This document shows positions 28,606 through 38,865 of a stretch of DNA of 64,000 nucleotides, one piece after another. The position numbers and the translations under genes are program-made. Positions within the stretch are counted from its first letter, which is position 1, and each line of letters opens with the position of its first letter. The notes beneath the pieces are model-generated. The model was not told the DNA's origin, made no database searches, and was given only the letters and a program-made list of their open reading frames with translations. The stretch comes from a virus: IMG/VR virus record IMGVR_UViG_3300021961_010841, positions 4,343 through 68,342 of that record; one strand, given 5' to 3'.

Positions 28606-28944
28606 ATGGCAAATACATTTTTTAACAAATTTTCCTCAGGCATAGGCACATCGCTCACAGCAGTGGGTGGTTACGTGGTGCCTGCGGATTCAACTACCAC
28701 AGTTGTTGTGGTGGGGTTGAGTGTGGCAAACACAACAGGCACAGCGATTAACGTCGAAGTCACACTGAACGATGGTTCAACAGATTACTACATCATCAAA
28801 GATGCTCCTGTTTCAGCGGGTGCTTCATTGGTAGCTATCGGTGGAGATCAAAAAGTTGTTTTGGAAGCAGGACACTCCATCAAAGTGAATTCATCAGCAT
28901 CGGCATCATGTGATGCCATAATGAGCATAATGGAGATAACATAA
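28606..28944 (+). CDS. virion structural protein
   Basis: MANTF... beta-rich 112 aa, QKVVLE motif. Confidence 0.75.
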   Translation: MANTFFNKFSSGIGTSLTAVGGYVVPADSTTTVVVVGLSVANTTGTAINVEVTLNDGSTDYYIIKDAPVSAGASLVAIGGDQKVVLEAGHSIKVNSSASASCDAIMSIMEIT

Positions 28945-30341
28945 TGGCTTACATAGGTTTAACACCTAAAGAAACATTATTGATATCATCACAGCAAACT
29001 TTCACAGGTGATGGTTCAAATAGATCTTTCACACTGGACAGAAGCGTTGGAACAGAAAATGACATCCAAGTGCAGGTGGGCAACACTCTGCAGATTCCGA
29101 CCACGGATTACACAGCGACAGGAACAGCACTGACTTTTGGTGCGGGAGCTGTGCCGGCGGATTCATCCTCCATCACAGTGGTATACAGAGCGGGTTCTCT
29201 GCAGACAGTGACACTGGACACGACTTCTTTCCAAGCAGGTTCTGAGGGTTCGCCGACCATCAATCACGTCAGTCAGAACTCAACAGGAATTTATTTCCCA
29301 TCCACATCAAGACTTGGTTTCGTTACCAACGGAAACAAGAGGGTAGAGATCAACAACTCCATCACAGCATCCAGCACCACAACAGGTGCACTGCAAGTGG
29401 CGGGTGGTGTTGGTATCACACAAAAATTATATGTGGGTGACACAGTTTACGCAACAAGCACAACAACTTCGACCAGCACATCATCGGGTTCTTTGGTGGT
29501 GTCGGGAGGAGCTGGCATAGCAGAAAATTTATTTGTGGGTGGAGACATGCAGGTCACTGGTGATTTCATAGTCAACGGCACATTCACAACCACATCATCG
29601 GATTCATTGGCGGTTACAGATCCGTTCATATTTGTTGCCAGCACAAACGCAGGTGACTCTGTGGACCAGGGTTTGGTTGGACAGTACAACGATGGTGCCA
29701 ACACCAGACACACAGGTATTTTTAGAGACGTCACTGATGGCAAATGGAAACTGTTCGACAACTTGATTCCAGAACCCACAACCACAGTGGACACCACAGA
29801 TTCAACATATTCAGCGGCTGATTTCGTGTTGGGCAACTTGGAAATCACAGCTTCCACAGCTTCCACAAACACATCATCAGGTGCACTTATTGTAACAGGT
29901 GGTGCGGCAGTGGGCGGTAACCTAAACGTGGGTGGATCAGGTTCACTCACAGCGACCACAGCCTTCTACGCGGACTTGGCGGAAAAATACACAGCAGACG
30001 CAGACTACGAGCCAGGCACAGTTTTAATGTTTGGTGGTGATGCAGAAGTCACACTGTGCGACACAGATGCTTGCAAAAAAGTTGCGGGCGTGGTTTCCAC
30101 AAGACCAGCACACTTGATGAATGCAGGACTCGAAGGAGACCATGTGATCGACTTGGCCCTATCAGGCAGAGTTCCATGCAAGGTCAAAGGTCCAGTGGCC
30201 AAGGGTGACATGATGGTATCAGCGGGCGGCGGTTATGCCAGAGCAGAAGCCAATCCAAGCATAGGATCAGTGATCGGCAAGGCATTGGAAAGCACAGACG
30301 CCGAACAATCAACAATCGAAGTTGTGGTAGGGAGATTATAA
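28944..30341 (+). CDS. tail fibre protein with C-terminal autoproteolytic/chaperone-like domain
   Basis: FTGDG domain, repeated GALxVxGGxG units, YADLAEKY...IGKALE...VVVGR C-terminus. Confidence 0.8.
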   Translation: MAYIGLTPKETLLISSQQTFTGDGSNRSFTLDRSVGTENDIQVQVGNTLQIPTTDYTATGTALTFGAGAVPADSSSITVVYRAGSLQTVTLDTTSFQAGSEGSPTINHVSQNSTGIYFPSTSRLGFVTNGNKRVEINNSITASSTTTGALQVAGGVGITQKLYVGDTVYATSTTTSTSTSSGSLVVSGGAGIAENLFVGGDMQVTGDFIVNGTFTTTSSDSLAVTDPFIFVASTNAGDSVDQGLVGQYNDGANTRHTGIFRDVTDGKWKLFDNLIPEPTTTVDTTDSTYSAADFVLGNLEITASTASTNTSSGALIVTGGAAVGGNLNVGGSGSLTATTAFYADLAEKYTADADYEPGTVLMFGGDAEVTLCDTDACKKVAGVVSTRPAHLMNAGLEGDHVIDLALSGRVPCKVKGPVAKGDMMVSAGGGYARAEANPSIGSVIGKALESTDAEQSTIEVVVGRL

Positions 30342-30342
30342 C

Positions 30343-30741
30343 ATGGCATACTTAGGAAATACACCAACAGTAGGAGCTTTCAGAAAGATGGACTCCATCC
30401 AGGCTTCTTTTGATGGGTCGACCACACAGTTCACAATCCAAGTGGGAGGTTCAGACTACCAACCACAGAACGCAAATGTGATCATGTGTGCTAAGAACGG
30501 AGTTTTATTAGAACCGGGCGTAGATTTCACAGTGACTGACGCAACATTCACTTTTACTACTGCTCCAACTAATGGACAGACTTTTTTTGCAGTAATTTTA
30601 GGAGACGTGTTGGACACTGGTACACCATCAGACAACACAGTGACCAATGCAAAAATCGTAAACAACACAATCCAAAGAGGCAAGTTCTCTGCGGCACTAA
30701 ACGGTAAATTACTGGGAGACAGTATAGTATTCGGAGTATAA
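30343..30741 (+). CDS. short tail-associated protein
   Basis: MAYLGNTP, FDGSTTQF, NGVLLEPG, FTTAP. Confidence 0.75.
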   Translation: MAYLGNTPTVGAFRKMDSIQASFDGSTTQFTIQVGGSDYQPQNANVIMCAKNGVLLEPGVDFTVTDATFTFTTAPTNGQTFFAVILGDVLDTGTPSDNTVTNAKIVNNTIQRGKFSAALNGKLLGDSIVFGV

Positions 30742-30747
30742 AAAACA

Positions 30748-33700
30748 ATGGCAAGAAAACAAATAAGATATTATGTGTTCACACCAGGAGGAGTTGGAAC
30801 TGGCACGGTCAAATTCTCGGGAACATATGAAAAGAAAGACATTTTAGTTATCTACAACACAACAGATAACATCAACATCTACAACTTCTCAGACTCAGGC
30901 CTGGGGGGAACTGTGTCAACATCTCAAGCAGTGGATTCGGATTTTCCGGAATCACAGGATGGTGTTACCACAGTAACGCTTGACTACAACACTTCATCCA
31001 TGAGTGCCGGCGATGAGCTGTTGATATATGTAGAAAATCAAGAATTCACAATCATACCTTACGCTTTCGGCGTTGACGCTGTTGAGCGTATGAGGGTGTC
31101 CAATCCGGAAGCACTACTTGACGCTGACTTCGAATACGGTCTCCAGAACACAAAATGGCAGTCAGTGGTGACAGTTTCAGACAGACCAGGTCTGTACGAG
31201 TTTGCTGGATCGGATCTTAGATTACCTGAAGCAGGTTACGTCACTCATCTTGCCGCTGACAACACCATTGGGTCTGCAGGTGACACATCCATCGCTCTTT
31301 CTAACCAAGAGACTGGCGACACACCATGGGCCAACAACGACTATGGTTGTTTGATGACAGTTTCGGGCACAACCAACTACAGCACAGCAGCTGTTTTAGG
31401 AGCCACAGGCAGAACATTCTCTGTGGCAGACTCATCAGGATTCACTGTAGGCGACTATGTGATCATGTATGACAATCCTGATTCAGGTGATTCATCATTC
31501 GTGGGATCAACCGTTTCCACAAACATCACATCCACAGGAACTACATCCGTTAACTTAGCATCTGGCACAGGTTTCTCGGACGGTGACTACATCATGGTGC
31601 AGACAGACACATCGAATGTGTATGAGATCATGGCTGTATCTGCCAAGTCGACAAACACATTGACTGTGACCAGACAGGTCAACGGTTCTAATGCCGCTGG
31701 AGCAAACATCACATCAGGCAACACAGCCAGAAGAATCAACAAGTTGGAGATCGGTAAGATCTTCTCCATAGATTCTGCCACACAGTTGACCATCAACAGA
31801 GGTCAGTTCAACACAGAACCTTTGCCATCTTACTCGGCTGGTACTGTGATCGCAGAAATTTCTGCAACTAGAGAAATTGTCAAAATGACATCCACATCAC
31901 GTTCAGTGAACGGTGCTCAGACCATCAGCAGAGGTGCTTTGGGAACATCAGCACTGTCATCAGCGGGAGTGGGATCACTGTTGGTTTACCTAACAGGTGT
32001 GTTCGACAACGGTAATGCCAACCTTCCACAGGTGGGCGTACACATTTCAGCACACGGTTTGACCGCTGAATCTTACATTTCCATCCAGGAATTGGCAGAC
32101 ACAGATGCCAACGGTAGATACTTCATCCACAATGCGGAGACCAACTATTTCTTCTACTATCCAAAAAGAGCAACAGGACTGACAGCGGGTGATGTTTTAA
32201 ACACATCGTCTACGTCAGTTAGACAAGCGGGCAGATACACAGGTGCTCAATTGAACTTGGCGGACACCACTCCGATCGCGTCAGATGGATCAACACCTTC
32301 GACCATAACTGTCACAACCAAGACAGCACACGGCATGCAACCAGGCAACTTGGTGTTGGTGCAGTTGAACTCTGCAACCAATGAAGAATATGCCGAAGGA
32401 TCATTTCCTATACTTACGATACCTTCACCCACAACATTCACATACCAAGCCAAAGGCGGTGCGGCAGTGAGTGGCACGCTGACAGGTACGATCACGGTCA
32501 AGGACAACACTTTCTTCGTACACAGACCGTTCGACGGTGGTGTGTTGATTGGTAACGGAACACCATCGCATGGTTCGTTGGCATCAAGACAGTCAAGAAA
32601 ATACTTTAGATACCAGTCAGGTAAGGGTCTCGTGTTCAGCACAGGTTCGATCCTGTGTCCGACATTTGACATCACAACTCTGTCATCAGACTCCACAGGC
32701 AGTGGCGAAGCCAACATCACAGTGGTGTTGGACAGATACCATGGCTTGAACGCTGGTGCCACAGTGAACATATCAGGCATCACAACTTCAGGTTGGAACG
32801 GTGACTATGTGGTCGAATCCATCGTGTCAGACACATCATTCATCATAGAAGCACAAGCGGCACTGGATTCCACACAGCCAGAACTTGGTTCAGAGCCAAG
32901 GTGTACTGTCAAGAATTGGTACGGTTCTTCCATCCAATTGGGACTTTTCGATGACCAAAATGGCACATTATTCGAATATGACGGTGTCACAATCAATGTG
33001 GTCAAGAGAAGATCCACACTTCAACTCGCAGGTACTGTGAGCGTGGAAGCGGATTCCACAGAAGTAACTGGTGACGGTGACTGCAGATTCACAGAACAGT
33101 GTAAAGTATCAGATCAAGTGATCATCAGGGGAATGACACACACCATCCAGCAGATCACAGACAACAACACATTGATCGTTTCGCCTGCTTTCAGAGGCAG
33201 AAGAAACCAACAGAACGTTAAATTGACACTGATCGAAGAACAGCGTATTCCACAGAGCAAGTGGAACATCGACAAGTGTGATGGCACAGGTCCTTCAGGA
33301 TTCGTGTTCGATGTCACAAAGATGCAGATGTTTTTCATCGAGTACACATGGTACGGTGCTGGTTACATCCAATACGGCATGAGAGGCCAGGGCGGCAAGT
33401 ACCTACACTGTCACAGAATCAAGAACAACAACGTGAACTACGAAGCATACATGCGTTCAGGTAACACACCTGTCAAGTATTGTGTGACCAACACTGCGGG
33501 TAGATCCAGATTGGTTGGCGACATTGAGGCAGGATCGACCACGCTGACTGTTGTGGATGCCACACACTTTCCAACAGCATCAGTGGCGAATCCAGTACAC
33601 ATCGGCATCAACAATGAAGTGATCCGATACACAGGCAAGTCTGGCAACAATCTAACAGGATTGACTCGATCAGCCACACTGACACAATGGTCAGATGGTC

Positions 33701-34395
33701 AGTTGAGATCTTTCACTAAGGGTTCAGCTGCCGGTCACGCAGATGGTGATGGTGTTTATCTGATAGGTAACACTTGTACACCGACTGTGTCACACTGGGG
33801 ATCTGCGTTGATCATGGACGGTGGTTTCCAAACAGACAGAGGTTACAACTTTACGATCAACGTGCAGAACTTCTCAACTTCGGGTTCAGCGGACAGAACC
33901 ATCATCGTGATGAGATTGGCTCCATCGGTTTCGAACTCGATCACTGGTGACATAGGTGACAGGGACTTGGTCAACAAGGCGCAGTTGCTCCTAAACTTCC
34001 TAAGGATCAACGTGTCAGGACGAAGATATCTGATCACAGGTGAATTGAACTCCACAAACATCGATGCTGAGAACACACAATGGCAGGGATTAGACACAGA
34101 GGCGAACGGTTTCCAACCATCCTTCGTGCAGTACGCTGACCCCAATGACATTGCTTTCACAGATGGCGGCATTGCGGCCACAGGTGGTGAGCGTGTGTTT
34201 GCGATACCGGTCAACACTACCAACTCTGGTACATTAGATCTGTCATCTATTAAGGAACTGGCAGCTTCGGCCATACCGGGCAGAGGTGTTTACCCAGATG
34301 GTCCTGAGATTTTGGCTATCAACATTCGACCAACAACGAGATCGGGTTCAGGATCTTGTGACGTGCAGATATCGTTCCAAGAAACACAAGCATAA
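30748..34395 (+). CDS. large virion structural protein (1215 aa)
   Basis: Ser/Thr/Gly-rich beta repeats; DADFEYGLQ, RQSRKYFRYQSGKG, WYGAG; late operon. Confidence 0.75.
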   Translation: MARKQIRYYVFTPGGVGTGTVKFSGTYEKKDILVIYNTTDNINIYNFSDSGLGGTVSTSQAVDSDFPESQDGVTTVTLDYNTSSMSAGDELLIYVENQEFTIIPYAFGVDAVERMRVSNPEALLDADFEYGLQNTKWQSVVTVSDRPGLYEFAGSDLRLPEAGYVTHLAADNTIGSAGDTSIALSNQETGDTPWANNDYGCLMTVSGTTNYSTAAVLGATGRTFSVADSSGFTVGDYVIMYDNPDSGDSSFVGSTVSTNITSTGTTSVNLASGTGFSDGDYIMVQTDTSNVYEIMAVSAKSTNTLTVTRQVNGSNAAGANITSGNTARRINKLEIGKIFSIDSATQLTINRGQFNTEPLPSYSAGTVIAEISATREIVKMTSTSRSVNGAQTISRGALGTSALSSAGVGSLLVYLTGVFDNGNANLPQVGVHISAHGLTAESYISIQELADTDANGRYFIHNAETNYFFYYPKRATGLTAGDVLNTSSTSVRQAGRYTGAQLNLADTTPIASDGSTPSTITVTTKTAHGMQPGNLVLVQLNSATNEEYAEGSFPILTIPSPTTFTYQAKGGAAVSGTLTGTITVKDNTFFVHRPFDGGVLIGNGTPSHGSLASRQSRKYFRYQSGKGLVFSTGSILCPTFDITTLSSDSTGSGEANITVVLDRYHGLNAGATVNISGITTSGWNGDYVVESIVSDTSFIIEAQAALDSTQPELGSEPRCTVKNWYGSSIQLGLFDDQNGTLFEYDGVTINVVKRRSTLQLAGTVSVEADSTEVTGDGDCRFTEQCKVSDQVIIRGMTHTIQQITDNNTLIVSPAFRGRRNQQNVKLTLIEEQRIPQSKWNIDKCDGTGPSGFVFDVTKMQMFFIEYTWYGAGYIQYGMRGQGGKYLHCHRIKNNNVNYEAYMRSGNTPVKYCVTNTAGRSRLVGDIEAGSTTLTVVDATHFPTASVANPVHIGINNEVIRYTGKSGNNLTGLTRSATLTQWSDGQLRSFTKGSAAGHADGDGVYLIGNTCTPTVSHWGSALIMDGGFQTDRGYNFTINVQNFSTSGSADRTIIVMRLAPSVSNSITGDIGDRDLVNKAQLLLNFLRINVSGRRYLITGELNSTNIDAENTQWQGLDTEANGFQPSFVQYADPNDIAFTDGGIAATGGERVFAIPVNTTNSGTLDLSSIKELAASAIPGRGVYPDGPEILAINIRPTTRSGSGSCDVQISFQETQA

Positions 34396-34410
34396 TAAAA
34401 AGATAAAATT

Positions 34411-34442
34411 AAGAAGGGCGCAGGAAACTGTGCCCTTTTTTT
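34411..34442. terminator. intrinsic terminator between convergent genes
   Basis: AAGGGCGCAG-GAAA-CTGTGCCCTT followed by a T-run. Confidence 0.85.
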
Positions 34443-34704
34443 ATGACTGGAGTTCTAATGGAGAGTCGATATCGTCTTCCATGTTCCACGCACCACACCC
34501 TATCTGTTCCAATAGATATCCTGGATAAGCAAGTTGCACTGAAGTGGACATGGCCATGGACACATCTGGATTTGCCAAGGCCATTTGGCATTGTTCGAGA
34601 GTGTCGAAGATTAATCTTTCATAGCGAGGATTCAGTTTTTCACCATTTGGTCCGATCATAACAGCAGTGATCATGTAAACGATTAGAGATATTTTTGTTA
34701 TCAA
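34441..34704 (-). CDS. small protein with N-terminal hydrophobic segment
   Basis: 87 aa, two Cys, coupled to upstream gene. Confidence 0.55.
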   Translation of the reverse strand: MITKISLIVYMITAVMIGPNGEKLNPRYERLIFDTLEQCQMALANPDVSMAMSTSVQLAYPGYLLEQIGCGAWNMEDDIDSPLELQS

Positions 34705-35174
34705 TTTGCTCCCACGTGTGTGGCCCCCATTGCTTGGCCATCACGTGCGATCTGATTCATCTGTTTGATAACTCTGTTGTAGTAGCCTTCTGGTTTGCCC
34801 CCGCCTATCATGGTGGGTCCGCCCGGGTTTTGATCAACTTGATCTGGTACTTCTTTGGATGGTTTGCCTAAATTTTTTTGCAACCATTGTGTGGTCCTTG
34901 CGATGAATTCGCTTATAGGTATGTTGTCATCAACATCATAACCTATGACGTCAAATATGTCATACCAACTCATGTTGGACAAGTGTAAATCATGCTCTTC
35001 TTTGTACTTAGGATTAACGTGGTCCTTGTGATCTCCTTTGAAATCATGTTTGTAGACATCATCCTGGTATTGTGATTCGTCACCAGTTACCATCATCCAA
35101 TATCCTTTTTGGGGGTCTTTCTTGTATGCATGGAAACTCATGCCCTCGTTGATCTGGAATTCTAAGAATCGCAT
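34701..35174 (-). CDS. late protein (MRFLEFQINE...)
   Basis: TAAATA at 35180-35185 supports start at ATG 35174. Confidence 0.7.
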   Translation of the reverse strand: MRFLEFQINEGMSFHAYKKDPQKGYWMMVTGDESQYQDDVYKHDFKGDHKDHVNPKYKEEHDLHLSNMSWYDIFDVIGYDVDDNIPISEFIARTTQWLQKNLGKPSKEVPDQVDQNPGGPTMIGGGKPEGYYNRVIKQMNQIARDGQAMGATHVGAN

Positions 35175-35182
35175 AAAAATAT

Positions 35183-35722
35183 TTATTTTTTTGAGAAAGC
35201 TGTTTTGAGCTGATCGATGGTTTGGTTTATGGTTCCGTTGCTGTGATGTATGCCTATTCCGCCAGCATTCCGCCATGATTTGATGTTGTAGCCGAAGTCA
35301 TCGATGAGAACATTGGGTGTTCCATCTGCCTGCACAGCATATTTTCCCTTGTCGGCTGTGGCCGGCATGATGATGGTCTTTTGGGGTTTGATGGGCAACT
35401 TGTTGACCCATTGTTTTTTCTGTTCAACCACCCTGCTGTCTCCAGCGAGTGCCTTGCTCAATATGGTGTAATTGCCATCTGCTATGGCCGATATGGCCGA
35501 CATCAATCTCGGCACGTCTGACAGCACACCCAAGTTTATCCAAAAATCCTTCTGCTTGGTGATGTCCTTCAGCACCTGGCTGACTGTATCCTTTGAGGCA
35601 TCTTTCCACGATGCCACACCTGCCATCTTGTTGAATGGGCCGTAAAAATCCGCCAACACACCATCCATGTCCACATACAAAATGGGCGATTTAACCGTGG
35701 TTTCTAACTCATACAAGTTCAT
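35183..35722 (-). CDS. HAD 5'(3')-deoxyribonucleotidase-like protein
   Basis: YVDMDGVLADF, LIDD, AGGIGI. Confidence 0.85.
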   Translation of the reverse strand: MNLYELETTVKSPILYVDMDGVLADFYGPFNKMAGVASWKDASKDTVSQVLKDITKQKDFWINLGVLSDVPRLMSAISAIADGNYTILSKALAGDSRVVEQKKQWVNKLPIKPQKTIIMPATADKGKYAVQADGTPNVLIDDFGYNIKSWRNAGGIGIHHSNGTINQTIDQLKTAFSKK

Positions 35723-36381
35723 TTTAGGCGCAGTGCTTTCATTATCTTGCCCAGTGTTTTTTTATTAACATCGGGTGTTGTGTTCTGTTTGGTAACAATA
35801 CCAACACCAGCGGCTTCTTCTTTGACACCCATACCAGTTCTCACTGCCTTGTAGATATTTTTCTTCAACCCTTCGTTGCCCACAAACATTTTCTTGAATG
35901 TTTCATAGTCACCAGCCACCGCCGCTTCACGTGCCTTACTTGCTGAGACACCCGTAACACCTTCGGAGTCTGGATCTCTGTCGCCCGCTGATATCACATC
36001 GATAGAATCAAAGTTGTATTCCTGTCCATTGTATTTTGCTAACAAGTCGTTGAATGCTTTGGTTCTATCTGAACCCACCACCATGGCCACTCGCTTGTGT
36101 CCTGCTTGTTGTAAAAATTTCATCACATCGATGATGGTTCTTATGCTGGGGTCATTGATGATATGATCGCCTGCTTCTGGAAATTGCTTATTAATTATTG
36201 CTATCTTTTGATCCCTGTTCAGTGGATTTTTCTTAGGATCTTGTGTGGGCGAAACAAACACAAAGTAGACATCGCTTACTGTTTTGACTTTGTCAAACAA
36301 TTTTTTGTGTCCTATGGTAGGTGGATTGAATCTACCGAACACGAACGCCGCTGTGGGATTATCTACCTCTATTAATTTCAT
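35719..36381 (-). CDS. cytidylyltransferase-like (HIGH nucleotidyltransferase)
   Basis: FGRFNPPTIGH, KNPL, VVGSDR, SASKAR. Confidence 0.85.
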   Translation of the reverse strand: MKLIEVDNPTAAFVFGRFNPPTIGHKKLFDKVKTVSDVYFVFVSPTQDPKKNPLNRDQKIAIINKQFPEAGDHIINDPSIRTIIDVMKFLQQAGHKRVAMVVGSDRTKAFNDLLAKYNGQEYNFDSIDVISAGDRDPDSEGVTGVSASKAREAAVAGDYETFKKMFVGNEGLKKNIYKAVRTGMGVKEEAAGVGIVTKQNTTPDVNKKTLGKIMKALRLK

Positions 36382-36628
36382 TTTGTACTATCTCGTTGTA
36401 AATGTCCGCTGTCAATTCTTCTTTGGCTTCTGATGGAATGCTCTGGTAATCCAATTTGTTGGCCTTACAAAAACGCATGGTAGCATTGTCCACAAGTTCC
36501 TGGACCCTTGTTTTGTCCTCAGGATTTTTTCTCAAGTACATAACAGTGGGGACATAATGCCTGCGATACATGTCCTCATCACCGAAAACTGAATTAAAAA
36601 TAGCGTCTTTTAGATTTTCGTCATGCAT
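36359..36628 (-). CDS. hypothetical protein
   Basis: 89-aa ORF in operon. Confidence 0.65.
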   Translation of the reverse strand: MHDENLKDAIFNSVFGDEDMYRRHYVPTVMYLRKNPEDKTRVQELVDNATMRFCKANKLDYQSIPSEAKEELTADIYNEIVQNEINRGR

Positions 36629-36634
36629 GATATA

Positions 36635-37453
36635 CTATTTATTGCGTTCAAACCTTGATTGCACTGCTGGAAAAAGATGATCTCTGACCATTTGCTCATC
36701 TATCTGCATGGTGAAATGGCAACCGTCACACAGTATCTCCCCATGGTGTATGTTCATGTAATAGTCCTGTGCATTATCATGATCACCGAATTGAACACGG
36801 TTTAGATCGGGCAACAAGTCACGGAAGCATTTGACTGTAAATTCTGTGTTTGAATTGTGGCTCCAACTCACTAATTTTATGTCCAGTTGCCTGCAGAGGC
36901 TAACCACAGATTGATAGTCTATCACAGACAGTGTTTGGCGCATCTTGTAGTTGGATGCTATCTCCAGTTGGAATTTTTGCCATTTCTGCACATCTCTGAT
37001 TCCAGAAACGATGTTAAGTTTCTTGGACTGTTCTTCCCAGGTCATGTCTCTGATGAACGGCCTTTCCTGCCACAACGGAAACACTCCGTCATCGTGTTGC
37101 AGATGAACTTCCCAACTTTGGAATCCTTGAGGTGCGTAATAAGATTCGGTTATCCAATTTAGATCGTATTCGGAATCGTCTAAGGTAAAATTTTCAGATA
37201 ATGGTACATTAATAGATGCTCTATTGTAACACAATTCCATCAACAGGCAATCTATATCGTGTTTTTCCTTGAGTCTTACCACAGATTGAAGATACTTTTC
37301 AGATCCCTTGCCACCGCATGCGAGATTGTGGAAGTGAAAGTCCGAAGTGAGAGAGTGGAAAATATTCTCGAACTTATAGTTTAACTCGCTCCTACCTGTG
37401 GAAAACGAACTGCCTATGATGCCTACATTAATCTTCTTTGTAGACAAATTCAT
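36635..37453 (-). CDS. SGNH-like protein
   Basis: IGSSFS, NLACGGKG, DGCH. Confidence 0.6.
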   Translation of the reverse strand: MNLSTKKINVGIIGSSFSTGRSELNYKFENIFHSLTSDFHFHNLACGGKGSEKYLQSVVRLKEKHDIDCLLMELCYNRASINVPLSENFTLDDSEYDLNWITESYYAPQGFQSWEVHLQHDDGVFPLWQERPFIRDMTWEEQSKKLNIVSGIRDVQKWQKFQLEIASNYKMRQTLSVIDYQSVVSLCRQLDIKLVSWSHNSNTEFTVKCFRDLLPDLNRVQFGDHDNAQDYYMNIHHGEILCDGCHFTMQIDEQMVRDHLFPAVQSRFERNK

Positions 37454-37619
37454 AACCGTTTAGACTACCCACGTACAATTTGGGTTTGACCTTCCTTAAT
37501 GTCAATTTAAGATCACCCGGTTTCAGTAATCCTACTAACCATCCATCCGTGTGATTGAGTATTTCCAAATCAACCCATTTGTTGTTATCTGTGCAGTGTA
37601 CTTTGACTGTTTCTATCAT
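37428..37619 (-). CDS. hypothetical protein
   Basis: MIETVKVHCTDN..., coupled to upstream stop. Confidence 0.6.
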   Translation of the reverse strand: MIETVKVHCTDNNKWVDLEILNHTDGWLVGLLKPGDLKLTLRKVKPKLYVGSLNGYEFVYKED

Positions 37620-38827
37620 TAATTTTTCTCCCATGTAAATTTGGTGACCATCTCTGTGTCGTTGATTGTGTCCTGCCCGTCTACTCCATATTCAGAGACC
37701 GGTACAGGATAAAAACAACCCAAATCCAAACCTTCTGCAGACCATTCTATCTCATCCTGCAGTTGTATTGTTTCCTTAATCCTTTGTGAGTTGGGGTGAT
37801 CCGGAAAATTGTTGACATATACATATGCCCACCCATTGTGTCCATCCATGCCGTTAAATTTTAGCATGTGATAATATTCTAAATCTTTGTAGTCCTTGCG
37901 TTGACCTTTGCCATCTAATCCTTTGTTTTTCCTCGCATGCTTCCACATGATCTCATGATCGTGCATTGCATCCAGCAAGAACTTGACTGCGTCATGGAAA
38001 GTTTGGCCATTGCTATTGCTGTAATCATAAAGATCTTTACCATTCGATCTGTGTATTTCGGCCACGATTGTTAAAAGATTAAGACCCTTGGAATAGTAGT
38101 GCCAACTCCATGCTCCTCTTTGTGCTTCTCTCCACAATGCTCCATCATCATGCAAGTCGTCTATCGCGAAATGAAATATTTTTTGTCCTTGTTGAAAGTG
38201 TTTTGGATCATTGAAAGTGGCTCCGTACAGCACCCTGGTCAATTGAACATCATAGGTATGGTTCTGACATCCAAAAATGTCTCCACCTTTACTGCATCTT
38301 GACATGGTATATGTGTGATTTGCTTCCCTGTTGATGAATCCAAACAAGTTTTTTGAACGAGATCCCAACATTTCTAAAAATATTTCTTGCTGTGTGTCGT
38401 CCAAATGACCGTTTGATTGAAGTGCATGATAAGAAAAATACAAAGCAAATATGGCTGGTTGCAATCTACCTGCGTTGTCTATACCGTCACCACCACCTAC
38501 ACCATTGGCGAATTTTTTATCATTATATAATTCTAAAAGATATCTGATAAATTGATCTGCATTTTGTTTTGTTGGTTGGCTCCAATAAAAAGAAAGGTTC
38601 CTGATTGTGTTTCTATTGACTTTTGCATAATCAAAATCATTTTTTTGTCTCATTGTCACCCATTTGAAGTTTTTGTTTGGTGACAACAAATGATCTAATT
38701 CCGAAACTTGGAATTGTGCGTTTTCAAGACACCTGGGATTGTGGGTTCCTTGTTTAGGAAAAATTTGGTATTCACCTGCATGCAGTGGTATGCATATCAA
38801 TACAAAATATAAAATATATCTTATCAT
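37619..38827 (-). CDS. secreted alginate-lyase-like protein
   Basis: Signal peptide (..PLHA), QNH and DGALWRE.QRG...HY motifs; TTGACA-16-TATACT upstream. Confidence 0.6.
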   Translation of the reverse strand: MIRYILYFVLICIPLHAGEYQIFPKQGTHNPRCLENAQFQVSELDHLLSPNKNFKWVTMRQKNDFDYAKVNRNTIRNLSFYWSQPTKQNADQFIRYLLELYNDKKFANGVGGGDGIDNAGRLQPAIFALYFSYHALQSNGHLDDTQQEIFLEMLGSRSKNLFGFINREANHTYTMSRCSKGGDIFGCQNHTYDVQLTRVLYGATFNDPKHFQQGQKIFHFAIDDLHDDGALWREAQRGAWSWHYYSKGLNLLTIVAEIHRSNGKDLYDYSNSNGQTFHDAVKFLLDAMHDHEIMWKHARKNKGLDGKGQRKDYKDLEYYHMLKFNGMDGHNGWAYVYVNNFPDHPNSQRIKETIQLQDEIEWSAEGLDLGCFYPVPVSEYGVDGQDTINDTEMVTKFTWEKN

Positions 38828-38865
38828 CCTTTTAGTATATTGCAAATTTAAGTTTTGTCAATGTC

